Below, one piece after another: positions 21,330 through 30,670 of a stretch of 64,000 bases of DNA. The notes under the pieces were generated by a model that was given only the letters and a program-made list of their open reading frames with translations, searched no databases and was not told the origin of the DNA. Source of the DNA: Sulfolobales archaeon HS-7 (GTDB lineage Archaea; Thermoproteota; Thermoprotei_A; Sulfolobales; Sulfolobaceae). Each line of letters begins with the position of its first letter. The stretch's first letter is position 1. The position numbers were made by a program, and so were the translations under genes. The DNA lies in NCBI GenBank assembly GCA_019704295.1, contig AP024596.1, forward strand, positions 1,024,001 to 1,088,000, given 5' to 3'.

Positions 21330-21900
21330 ATTGGGTACTCTCTCGGGGAGTTCTTTTAATAGGAGTTTGCTATTTCGATTTTCGGAAGTTCTCTGAAATC
21401 AGGGTTGATGACGTAGGTATGTTATAGTTGTTCTAGAGGAAACTAATCCTGTGTAAGTGACTAATACCTCTGTAACTCAACTTGTTGCTAACCAGTTTGG
21501 AATAAACCTATCAAAGGTAAATGTAACAAAGCCAATACTTCTTAAGTTGCAGCTGATCTCGGGAATGGATTGTTCGAGAATATAATCATAGCCGATTTGG
21601 TAGCGGTAGAAACAGCAAGTGTGAGAAAAGATGTTTCCGAGTTTGAGATTACCTAAGCCTGTCGTCCTGGGAGTTAATTACTCCAACGAAACTTTTCATC
21701 TGAAGGTGAGAACTTGTTAATCGGGAAGAGGCAGCTGGGGTTATTTACTGGTAAGGAACTTATTCATTATTTCTAAACGAGGCAGAAAACTTTCCCATAC
21801 GGTATGCATAAAGTGACGGTGGAAAATTATGAATTCGGAATACCCAGCCTTGCAAAATACGGAGCTTACGAAGACATAGGTAGGTTACTAATTCAATCCT
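21330..21900 (+). pseudogene. Possible decayed gene for a membrane-anchored/secreted protein
   Basis: Broken, protein-like fragments (WVLSRGVLLIGVCYFDF; VTNTSVTQLVANQFGINLSKVNVTKP; VVLGVNYSNETF) in a 1.5-kb ORF-free gap. Confidence 0.3.
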
Positions 21901-22430
21901 AACGGAAAGGTAGATTCACGGACAGTAGTTGAAGTGATAGGGTAGACACTTTATGTTAGGATAGCAATTTCAGATAGAGGCTAAATTCGTATCACCTTTG
22001 TATATTACTTCTTTCCCGCGCTGGGGGATACGCCGTTAGCAAAAGTTTATACAAAAATCAAACAGAGGTTGCGACTTACTATGAATTAACTCGTTACTTT
22101 CGGCCGATTCAGGTAACCATCACAAATTATAACTATTGCGAATAGTTATCAAATAAAGGAAATTGTTAAATGTGAATCTCCATCAGTCCATAGGATTGCG
22201 TTCAATTAAATTCATTTTATTTTTCTAAATAAACCAAATTCGTAGTGAACATGTGAACTTCCTTTACTTTCAAAATCACATAAAATTTTACCTATAGATT
22301 GGAAATCTAAAACATAGTAATATCTATATATTATCAGTAGTATTATATTGCATATATATTACAAGTAAGATTCCATCGTTATGTGTAGAAAGAATTTAAA
22401 TAGGCATCTTAGAAATATACTTGAAAAAAG

Positions 22431-23144
22431 ATGGGATTTAACGGTATAGATGGGGATGTAAATGTACCGGGCATGATTCCATGGGAAGTAATCGTGGCGT
22501 ATTTCGTCGTTGCAATAGCTGTTGCCGTTGTAATTGGGAAAAAGACGGGTGGTCTAAAGGCCTTTACGACCTTAGACCTTGTATATATAGGCATTGGCGC
22601 GGCTTTTTCCGTTGTGTGGGAATTCTATATTGGTGGATTCCTTAATAAATTTGTTCCCTCAGGACTTACCTTATTTATAAACTTTGGATTTTTGGGGAGA
22701 CTTCTGATTGTATTCATAGTAGCCGCACTAGTCAGGAAGTTCGGGACGGGCATGATTACGTTAGCGGCGTTTGACATACTCGGAGATTTATTCCATTATG
22801 GATTCGGAGGGGAACCCATTTTCTTGATATATGAGGCATTGACTTACGGCTTATTCATAGACATAGCTATAGCCTTGCTCGGAGGCAAGTTTTTAGGGGT
22901 TGGCAGCAAAACCCAAACCGTGGCTCTAGTTTTAGGAATAGTTGAGGGAGCGATTATAGGTCTTCTGTGGGCAATTCCAGATCCGATTTTCTATGACGCG
23001 TTCTTTAGGCCATTTCTATACGGAGCTGTTGTCAGCTGGGCGAAAGTTATTTTCACCATTGAGGCTTTTATACCTGGAGACGTAATAATGGGAGCTATTG
23101 CTGGAATTATAGCGAACAGGATACAGAGAGCCGTGGCAGTGTAA
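22431..23144 (+). CDS. ECF transporter substrate-binding (S) component
   Basis: Hydrophobic 6-7 TM protein, FTTLDLVYI, ALVRKFG. First gene of an ECF operon. Confidence 0.75.
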   Translation: MGFNGIDGDVNVPGMIPWEVIVAYFVVAIAVAVVIGKKTGGLKAFTTLDLVYIGIGAAFSVVWEFYIGGFLNKFVPSGLTLFINFGFLGRLLIVFIVAALVRKFGTGMITLAAFDILGDLFHYGFGGEPIFLIYEALTYGLFIDIAIALLGGKFLGVGSKTQTVALVLGIVEGAIIGLLWAIPDPIFYDAFFRPFLYGAVVSWAKVIFTIEAFIPGDVIMGAIAGIIANRIQRAVAV

Positions 23145-23161
23145 ATGCCCGGTGACTACAG

Positions 23162-24742
23162 ATGAACGCAGTTGAATTAAGGAATTTTTCTTTTACTTAT
23201 TTTGGTTCAGATAAACCTTCCATTGAAGTAGAAAACTTAGAGATAGAGGAAGGGGAGTCTGTTCTTATAGTCGGAAAATCCGGCTCCGGTAAGTCAACAC
23301 TCGTCAATTGTATAAATGGTGTAATCCCTCATATGATAGCAGGGGATGAGAAAGGAGAAGTAAGGGTGTTCGGTAAGGACGTGAAAACAAGTAAAATGCA
23401 CGAAATATCAACCTTAGTGGGAACAGTTTTACAGGATCCCGAAACGCAGCTAATTAACTATACCATAGAGGAGGAAATAGCGTTCGGTCCTAGAAATCTC
23501 AATCTACCTAAGGATGAGGTGAGAAGGAGGGTAGCTGAGTACTCCAAAATAACTGGAGTTTATCATATGCTCGATAGGGAAACATATACTCTTTCAGGGG
23601 GGGAGATGCAAAGGACAGTTTTGGCTTCAGTGCTAGCTATGGAGCCGAGGATGTTGATACTTGATGAACCCACCTCTAACATAGATCCCCAAGGAACTGA
23701 GGAAGTCTTCTCCCTATTAAGGGAAATGAAGGGTGAAAAAACGCTTATTATAGTCGAACATAAGGTGGAGAGGGTTTTACCATTCGTTGACAGAGTTCTC
23801 TTGATTGATAATGGTAAAATAACCCTTGATATAACCAAGGAAAACATTATTAAAAACTCAGACATTATACAAGCAGCGGGAGTTGAAGTTCCTGAACACT
23901 TTTCCTACGCTAGGAAAATAGGGCTTAATACAACTGATATTTTTGAGGTAAAGAAGGTGTTAAGAGAGAGAGGCATTCAAGTTGACGGTATACAAAGGAG
24001 GAGAGGGGAGAAAGAAGTTCTTTCTGCGCAGGTAAAAGTTGTAACTAAAGGCGGTAGAGAGATCTTAGATACCGAACTTAAGTTAATGGAAGGAGAAATT
24101 CACGCAGTAATGGGTAGAAACGGCTCTGGCAAGAGTACCTTGTTGAAGTCTATATCTGGATTATTGGAACGAAGGGACTTCTTCATAACTGAGAAGATCA
24201 CGGCTCTAGGAGAGGACATATCTGGAAAACCGATATGGTATAGAGGTAAGTATATGTTATACCTACCTCAAAGCTTTGACTTAATGTTAGTATCAAACAA
24301 GGTAATCGACGAAGTAAAATACTCAATGAAGCATAGGGGAGTAAAGAACACTCAACTTGTAGACGAATTGATGAAGAAGTTCTCGCTTTACGACGTAAGG
24401 GATAAGGATCCGCTAATTCTAAGTATGGGACAGCGGAGAAGGGTGGTTATGGCATCAGTAATGGCTTCTGGAGCGAGGATTCTATTAATGGACGAGCCTA
24501 CATCGGGGCAAGATTACTACCATAGGGAAATGCTCGGAAGGGAACTAATTGAGCTGAAACAAAAGGGTTATTCTATAGTCGTTGTGACACACGACTCTAA
24601 TTTCGCCTTTAAATACGCTGACGCTGTTTCAATACTAAATGGAGGAAAGAAGGTGCTTGAAGGTCCTCCAGAAGAGGTATTTTATACTTCAGAGGATTAC
24701 GGTGTTCCTCAACCTTCGAGTTTCCTTTTGAGGTGTAGATGA
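23162..24742 (+). CDS. ECF transporter fused double ATPase (EcfA-A')
   Basis: Two ABC domains: GKSGSGKS/QDPETQ/LSGGEMQR/LDEPT and GRNGSGKS/LSMGQRRR/MDEPTSGQD. Confidence 0.93.
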   Translation: MNAVELRNFSFTYFGSDKPSIEVENLEIEEGESVLIVGKSGSGKSTLVNCINGVIPHMIAGDEKGEVRVFGKDVKTSKMHEISTLVGTVLQDPETQLINYTIEEEIAFGPRNLNLPKDEVRRRVAEYSKITGVYHMLDRETYTLSGGEMQRTVLASVLAMEPRMLILDEPTSNIDPQGTEEVFSLLREMKGEKTLIIVEHKVERVLPFVDRVLLIDNGKITLDITKENIIKNSDIIQAAGVEVPEHFSYARKIGLNTTDIFEVKKVLRERGIQVDGIQRRRGEKEVLSAQVKVVTKGGREILDTELKLMEGEIHAVMGRNGSGKSTLLKSISGLLERRDFFITEKITALGEDISGKPIWYRGKYMLYLPQSFDLMLVSNKVIDEVKYSMKHRGVKNTQLVDELMKKFSLYDVRDKDPLILSMGQRRRVVMASVMASGARILLMDEPTSGQDYYHREMLGRELIELKQKGYSIVVVTHDSNFAFKYADAVSILNGGKKVLEGPPEEVFYTSEDYGVPQPSSFLLRCR

Positions 24743-25770
24743 TGAGTGTAATTAACATCACATATGAGAACGGAACAAGCATAACACTAATCAATAATAT
24801 ACCTCATATCCCTTATTTTGCATCTACCGTGATTAGCTGGGTGGTTTTCTTGTTTGGGGTAGCAGTTCCTCTTGCAATACTCCTGTTAGCTATTGGGATC
24901 AGGGGTTTCATAGAAATAACTCGGTTTGAAAAACATAACACATTCTATTATAATATTAATGCAGTAACTAAGATAATACTCTTAATAGGTGTAACTATTG
25001 CTGCAGCAATTACAGTATGGTGGTTCAGTGCCATATTGACGATAATCCTTTTAGCTTCGTATCTTACCTTAAAGAACGGGTTTAGAAAGCTGATATTGGT
25101 TCTCTATCTAACGTTAACTTTCATAATCGGTATTACTCAGGGTTTTGCACCATACACACCATACTCTGTTTTACAATTAGCCTATCATACAAATACTTTC
25201 AACGCTATATGGGAGTGGCCTAGTTATTTCTCATTTATGGGATACCAACCCTATTTAACTCTTCAGGGTTTAGAGTACGGCGTTCAAATATCATTCAGGT
25301 TTATCCCTGCAACTCTCTCCGGACTTATCTTAATTCTCACTACAACTCCCTCAGAGATATTAGGGACGTTTAGTAGGATAAAGGTTCCGCTCGCCTTTGT
25401 ATTCTCATTAATCATAGCTTTGAGGACTATTCCGAGGATATTCGAAGTTTTCGATACTGTTGTTAAGTTACAGTTCATGAGAGGATTGGGAAGTACAAAG
25501 CCTAAGGTCTTTTATCCGATGTACTTTTTATATGCGGGGATTTACGCAGTAGTTCCAACTATGGTTTACCTCTTTAGAGGCGCAAAGAACACCGCGATAG
25601 CTGCAGATACAAGGGCCTTTAGAGCAAAGGAGACTATAACATATCTTAACGACTTAACGTTTACGAAGGAGGATATAGTAATCGTAACGTTAGTTATGGC
25701 AATTCTAATAATATCTGGTATCTTAATAGCGCTTGGATTAGGTAGAGGAATTCCCTACACAGGTTATTGA
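24739..25770 (+). CDS. ECF transporter T component
   Basis: LTTTPSEI, IALRTIPRI, QFMRG, AADTRAF coupling-helix motifs. Confidence 0.88.
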   Translation: MMSVINITYENGTSITLINNIPHIPYFASTVISWVVFLFGVAVPLAILLLAIGIRGFIEITRFEKHNTFYYNINAVTKIILLIGVTIAAAITVWWFSAILTIILLASYLTLKNGFRKLILVLYLTLTFIIGITQGFAPYTPYSVLQLAYHTNTFNAIWEWPSYFSFMGYQPYLTLQGLEYGVQISFRFIPATLSGLILILTTTPSEILGTFSRIKVPLAFVFSLIIALRTIPRIFEVFDTVVKLQFMRGLGSTKPKVFYPMYFLYAGIYAVVPTMVYLFRGAKNTAIAADTRAFRAKETITYLNDLTFTKEDIVIVTLVMAILIISGILIALGLGRGIPYTGY

Positions 25771-25834
25771 TTTGGATTTTTTATTTTTCGTAATCCAAAA
25801 TAAAGCTTAAAATGCGTCTTTACAATTAACAATT

Positions 25835-26209
25835 ATGACAGAGGCAGGAATTACAGCCGTTAGCGAACTAATTACCGCTTACGTTAAGTCATTAATCGAG
25901 AAGAGCAAGGAAGGAAAGAAGTTATCCGATCAGGAATACCTCATTTTAGTTACTTACTATACGGAGAATAGGATGGACGAGATAAGGGGAGAGATGAGGA
26001 GTTTTATGGATTACGTTAATAAGAGGTTCGAGGACACGAATAGGAGAATCGACGATCTCAGGAAGGACATGGACACCAGGTTCGAGGACACGAATAGGAG
26101 AATCGATGATCTCAGGAAGGACATGGACACCAGGTTCGAGGACACGAATAGGAGAATCGACGATCTCAGGAAGGACATAAACATGTTAATACAAGTGTTA
26201 AGGAAATAG
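25835..26209 (+). CDS. Small coiled-coil repeat protein (PaREP-like)
   Basis: GKKLSDQEYLIL then (RFEDTNRRIDDLRKDMDT)x2.9. Confidence 0.7.
   Translation: MTEAGITAVSELITAYVKSLIEKSKEGKKLSDQEYLILVTYYTENRMDEIRGEMRSFMDYVNKRFEDTNRRIDDLRKDMDTRFEDTNRRIDDLRKDMDTRFEDTNRRIDDLRKDINMLIQVLRK
26024..26178 (+). repeat. 54-bp in-frame tandem repeat, about 2.9 copies
   Basis: Units start at 26024, 26078, 26132 (AGGTTCGAGGACACGAATAGGAGAATCGAYGATCTCAGGAAGGACAT...). One synonymous difference. Confidence 0.97.
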
Positions 26210-26280
26210 CATTCTTGGCAAGGCCGTTTTATAAATATATTTAAATTGAACTTAAAGCATAGAGGTAACTTAGATTATAA

Positions 26281-26365
26281 CGCGAATAGGACCGTCCACG
26301 CGGCAACGAGGAGGGAGTACTTTGGCTCGTAAGGCTTATTATACCGAGTGCTCCAACCTCGTAAA
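26281..26365. ncRNA. Candidate structured small RNA (GC-rich intergenic hairpin)
   Basis: ACGAGG(26306)...GGAGTAC-TTTGG / CCGA-GTGCTCC...CCTCGT(26362) stem with G-U pairs on the + strand. TATA-like TTTATAAA about 26228 and CTTAAA about 26251. Confidence 0.3.
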
Positions 26366-26572
26366 CTTCCTTGTAAGTGCTGTGTACTGCATTTTGTAAG
26401 TTTTTGTGGGTTTTATAAAATAATTCGTTCCTGAATTTTACGTTATTAATCTTAAACTATCTGGAATTGATGGTATTATAGTTAATATTCTTTCAATTAC
26501 TTTGTGGGTGATGTATAGGAATCCCTGAAACTTAGGAAATTGTCGTTCAGGGAAATGCTAAAAACAGTTATG

Positions 26573-27706
26573 TCATGATAAATGGACTCTTTTGTTCGTT
26601 GTAAGTACAGAGAATCCAATAGCAGATATCAGTGCTGGAGAGGCAGCTAATGGCCAAAGAAATCCCTCCTTGAGGTAGTAGTTCATAACTTCACTTATCA
26701 TTATATTTCCCAAGTTTCTCCCTAATGATGATGCGAAACCAAAAACGCCCATATATTGACCCCTGTTGGTCTCTTCTGACATATCTGCTGCTAGTGCTTG
26801 AATTACGGGTGAGACGATCATTTCGCCGCACGTAATTACTGTCATATCAAGTATTGCTAACAAAAAGGAATAGCACAATGAAACCAAGCTATAGCTTACG
26901 AAGTACAAAATAGAACCGAGAATAAGTGAAAGTCTCACCCTAGTTGAGAATACGCGCCCTATAATTTCTTGAAGAAATACTATCATAAAACCGTTTACCG
27001 CGAAGAGCGTTCCTACCTCGTAAAGGGGTATTCCTCTAACATCGTTATAGTAAAGGGTTAATCCAAAACCCATGAGTCCCATAACCATGAATAGCATAGC
27101 CGCTGGTATCAAAAAAAGGGCGAAATTCTTCCCTACGTGAAAGTTAATTCTAGTAGGTCTGGCTCTACTCTCCTCTAACGTAATGATGAAGGGGATAGAA
27201 ATTCCCGTAATTATCGCGGTGAACATGAAGGAAAACCTGTAACCCACCAACGACATCAGAGCACCACCTACAAACGGACCTAACGCCCACCCCGCGTTTA
27301 TTCCTACCCTCAATCTACTGTAAGCCAGTACTAATTTACTAACTCCTTTTCTAGTATCTCCCACCATTGTTGTGTTCGCAACAGAGTAAATCGAATTGAA
27401 CATTGTTTGAGAAAGTATGCATAAGACTAAGGGAAAAGAGTTGTAAAACACATACGCCAGCAATAGTGAAACGGAACCGCCTATCGTCCCTAAAATCATC
27501 GCCTTTTTCCTTCCTAATTTATCGGTTATTACTCCCCCTCCTAGTTGACCAATAACTGAAATAACTGTCTGTATCGCGTAAAAACCTCCTATAAGGTAAA
27601 GAGGTACTCCCACCCTATAGAGAATTAAACCTACGTAAGGCCATATTGCCGAGAATCCAAAAGACCTTATTCCCCCAAGTAATGATAACCTTGTGATAAT
27701 GTCCAT
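26573..27706 (-). CDS. MFS transporter
   Basis: GGVITDKLGRKK motif A, about 12 TM helices, NRGQYMG. Confidence 0.92.
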   Translation of the reverse strand: MDIITRLSLLGGIRSFGFSAIWPYVGLILYRVGVPLYLIGGFYAIQTVISVIGQLGGGVITDKLGRKKAMILGTIGGSVSLLLAYVFYNSFPLVLCILSQTMFNSIYSVANTTMVGDTRKGVSKLVLAYSRLRVGINAGWALGPFVGGALMSLVGYRFSFMFTAIITGISIPFIITLEESRARPTRINFHVGKNFALFLIPAAMLFMVMGLMGFGLTLYYNDVRGIPLYEVGTLFAVNGFMIVFLQEIIGRVFSTRVRLSLILGSILYFVSYSLVSLCYSFLLAILDMTVITCGEMIVSPVIQALAADMSEETNRGQYMGVFGFASSLGRNLGNIMISEVMNYYLKEGFLWPLAASPALISAIGFSVLTTNKRVHLS

Positions 27707-27739
27707 TTCTAAGGGTTTAGATAAAACATGTTAAAATAC

Positions 27740-28999
27740 TTATAGTTGACCCCTTGTCCTCATTGCGTTTACAACTCTATCAACAGCTTCTACCATTGCT
27801 ATAGTTCTGAAATTATGTTCGCCCTGTTTTTCATACCTTGAGTAGATCGAGTTAAAGGATTCCTTCATTCTGTTTAATATCAATCTCTTAGCCTCGTCCT
27901 CGTCTATTATCTCTCCGCTCCTATTGTTGCTCCACTCGACGAACGAACCAACTACTCCTCCCGAATTAGTAAGGATATCGGGTATTACCGGAATTCCCTT
28001 TGAGAAGAGAATTTCGTCTGCGTTAGCCGTAACCGGTCCGTTAGCTGCCTCAACAACGAGTTTTGCCTTAATTAAGGGAGCGCTCGCCTTATTTATAACG
28101 TTTTCAACTGCAGCTGGAATCAATATATCACATTGTTGTAGAAGGAGTTCCTCATTTGTCACCTTCCTACCGGGATAGTTTGCTACTGTACCTGTCTTTG
28201 AGAGATATTCCAGAGCTTCATTGGGGTTGATTCCCTTCTCATTTATCACCCCTCCGTAAATATCACTGATCCCTATTATCCTAGCCCCCATTTCGTGCAG
28301 GAATTTTGCAGTCCAAGAACCTACGTTCCCAAACCCCTGTATGATTACGTTTTTGCCTTCAATTCCTCCTATAAACTTCTCAGCGGATAATTTAGCTATA
28401 TTTGCAACACCCAGTCCTGTACTATAAACTCTCGTGGCTATCCCGCCTAGTTCGACAGGCTTTCCCGTAAATGAAGCCCTATCCCTACGCCTCGAGATTC
28501 TCTCATACTCATCCATGAACCAGGTTATAGTCTGCGAGTCTGTGTTTATATCTGGTGCCATTATGTCCAGTTCGTCACCTATATATTCGTATATTTCCCT
28601 AACGAATACTCTTGAAGCCTTCTCCAGTTCCGTTGCGTCAAGTTCTCTCGGATCGAGATTTATCCCTCCTTTCCCCCCGCCGTAGGGCAACTTCAACAGG
28701 GAGTTCTTCCAAGTCATTATCATTGAGAGCGCCATTACCTCCTCTAAGTTCACCTTAGGGCTGTACCTTACGCCGCCCTTATAGGGTCCTAAAGCACTGT
28801 TATGTTGGCTTCGGAAACCTGTATATACCCTTTGTTTACCGCTTTTATCTCTCACCTGAATTTTCACTTGAATTACCCTTTCTGGAGTTGCCAGTGCCTC
28901 TCTAACTGAAGAATCCAGCCCTAGAATTAGGGATATTTTGTCCAGAATCTTAAGTTGCTGCGCTAATAGACTTGCTGATATCTCGGTTGTAACTTCCAT
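27740..28999 (-). CDS. gdhA: Glutamate dehydrogenase
   Basis: [56 protein letters not shown]. Confidence 0.93.
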   Translation of the reverse strand: MEVTTEISASLLAQQLKILDKISLILGLDSSVREALATPERVIQVKIQVRDKSGKQRVYTGFRSQHNSALGPYKGGVRYSPKVNLEEVMALSMIMTWKNSLLKLPYGGGKGGINLDPRELDATELEKASRVFVREIYEYIGDELDIMAPDINTDSQTITWFMDEYERISRRRDRASFTGKPVELGGIATRVYSTGLGVANIAKLSAEKFIGGIEGKNVIIQGFGNVGSWTAKFLHEMGARIIGISDIYGGVINEKGINPNEALEYLSKTGTVANYPGRKVTNEELLLQQCDILIPAAVENVINKASAPLIKAKLVVEAANGPVTANADEILFSKGIPVIPDILTNSGGVVGSFVEWSNNRSGEIIDEDEAKRLILNRMKESFNSIYSRYEKQGEHNFRTIAMVEAVDRVVNAMRTRGQL

Positions 29000-29422
29000 A
29001 AAGCAGACCTAACCAACCTTTGAACTCTCGTTTAAAAGACTTTCCTAAAGTCTATGTATAGGTAAATAATTTATAGGAAATCACTTGATAGCGATAGTTA
29101 ATTTATAATATCTCTTTTCTTTTTTAATTAACGCTTTACTCAAGTAAGTGTCGTTTAATGAGTTCTTAACAAATTATATTACCCCTCATATAACTAATAC
29201 TAGCTAATCAAATTTATTCTTGTAGATTTTATATCTACCGGTGAAGGCGAGGTAATTTCATCAGATATTACGAGTATACATATTATCAATTAGGGATCGT
29301 AGGTAAACTTATTTCATTCGCACGACTTATATTAGCTGGGATAACATAAAATATGATAATAAAAATTAAGAATATGATTATCACGATAAAGCTTATATTA
29401 TACTACATTACTATATAATGCC

Positions 29423-30547
29423 ATGAATAAGGAATATATTTTAGTTGGACTACTGATAGTAATTTTTGTTGTAAGTGTAGGAGTAAACTTTTACATGTTA
29501 AGTACAGTGCAGAGACTTAGCGCGGATTACTCTGCACTTTCTTCAAACTACAGTACGCTATACACCGATTACGACAACGCACTCGCGCTTTATAATAACT
29601 TGACCAAGGAGTACGTCTCCCTAGGAAATAGCTACATGACGCTTTATGCGGACTATACCACTTTGAAGGGGGAATACGCCACACTACAAGCGGAGTATAA
29701 TAATCTTACTGCCAAAAGTGCCGAACTCTCGAATCAGTTAAGTACCGTTTCTGGTGAAATGACAGCATATGGTATTCTGTCAGACATGGCATCGACTAAT
29801 ATACCCGCCATTGATCAGTATTTAATTGGCCCCTATCACAGTAACTTCTCCATTACATCTCCTCCTGGGAATGGAACGGTAACAGTAGTGAATTCCTCTC
29901 AGCTTAAGCAAGTCAACGAACTTTTGGGCCAATTCTTCGGTTTCCCAGAGGTGAGGTTGTTCGTCTTTGCAACTGTCGTTAACTTCCCTACGAACAACAC
30001 GTTGCAGGTTCAGGCTGTTGTGAAGTTCGGCAATACCTTAGCCAACGGCTCCTTAGAGACCATATACTCGATTGTCAACATGGAGGCTCAGGAATACTCA
30101 CTTGGGCATTGGCAGGTTATCATGTTGAGTATTGACGATTCATTAAACCAGGATACATACCATATGGTCACTACTTCTTTTGATTTCTTAAACGCCCTAG
30201 TAACTGAGTCTGGTTCGACCCTTGAAACTGACCTTATAGGTCCATTCCCAAGCTACGTCTATATATCAGCGGGCCCCTTTGCGGGGAACTACAGTGGCTC
30301 TACGGCCATAATTTCCGGTTTTCTAGGAAAAGTAATTCCTAGTATAAAGAGCATGACATTTACTACTTACAACTTCACCTTCTCTCCGATTTCCTCATCC
30401 CAGGGAACTTTAACGTTTTATGGGGACTTCACAATGGTTCTAACCAACGGAACTGTTCTTAACTATCCTAATGCCGAATTAATGATAAATTTGGAGCTCG
30501 AGCCTGTAGGTATATTTCAAATAACAGGAGTAAATATATTAATTTAA
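29423..30547 (+). CDS. Membrane-anchored glycoprotein: TM + heptad coiled-coil stalk + two tandem NTF2/SnoaL-like domains
   Basis: Y-x-x-L heptads at aa ~30-110. Internal duplication LIGPYHSNFSITSPPGNG / LIGPFPSYVYISAGPFAG and GHWQVI / GIFQIT. Many NxS/T sequons. Confidence 0.6.
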   Translation: MNKEYILVGLLIVIFVVSVGVNFYMLSTVQRLSADYSALSSNYSTLYTDYDNALALYNNLTKEYVSLGNSYMTLYADYTTLKGEYATLQAEYNNLTAKSAELSNQLSTVSGEMTAYGILSDMASTNIPAIDQYLIGPYHSNFSITSPPGNGTVTVVNSSQLKQVNELLGQFFGFPEVRLFVFATVVNFPTNNTLQVQAVVKFGNTLANGSLETIYSIVNMEAQEYSLGHWQVIMLSIDDSLNQDTYHMVTTSFDFLNALVTESGSTLETDLIGPFPSYVYISAGPFAGNYSGSTAIISGFLGKVIPSIKSMTFTTYNFTFSPISSSQGTLTFYGDFTMVLTNGTVLNYPNAELMINLELEPVGIFQITGVNILI

Positions 30548-30670
30548 AATTTTTTAGTCGAGTACCTCAATTGTACTTTATATTATATCATAAGCTACTG
30601 TTCTTTTTGTTATATTCAAAATAACCTAATGCCGAAAAAGTTTATATATATCTTAAACGTTACTCATGTT

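Noticed and set aside
22000-22430. Riboswitch upstream of the ECF S component
   Set aside because: No TPP (CTGAGA...ACCTGA) or other recognisable aptamer core; the region is very AT-rich
26024-26178. Regular repeats that could be mistaken for a CRISPR array
   Set aside because: Contiguous 54-bp units with no unique spacers, in frame within a CDS
29025-29033. A fourth CTCTCGTTT, upstream of gdhA
   Set aside because: No element there and the match does not extend into the guide-like loop sequence. It shows a 9-mer can occur by chance in 64 kb, so the IS110 argument rests on position (both junctions plus the loop) and on frame restoration
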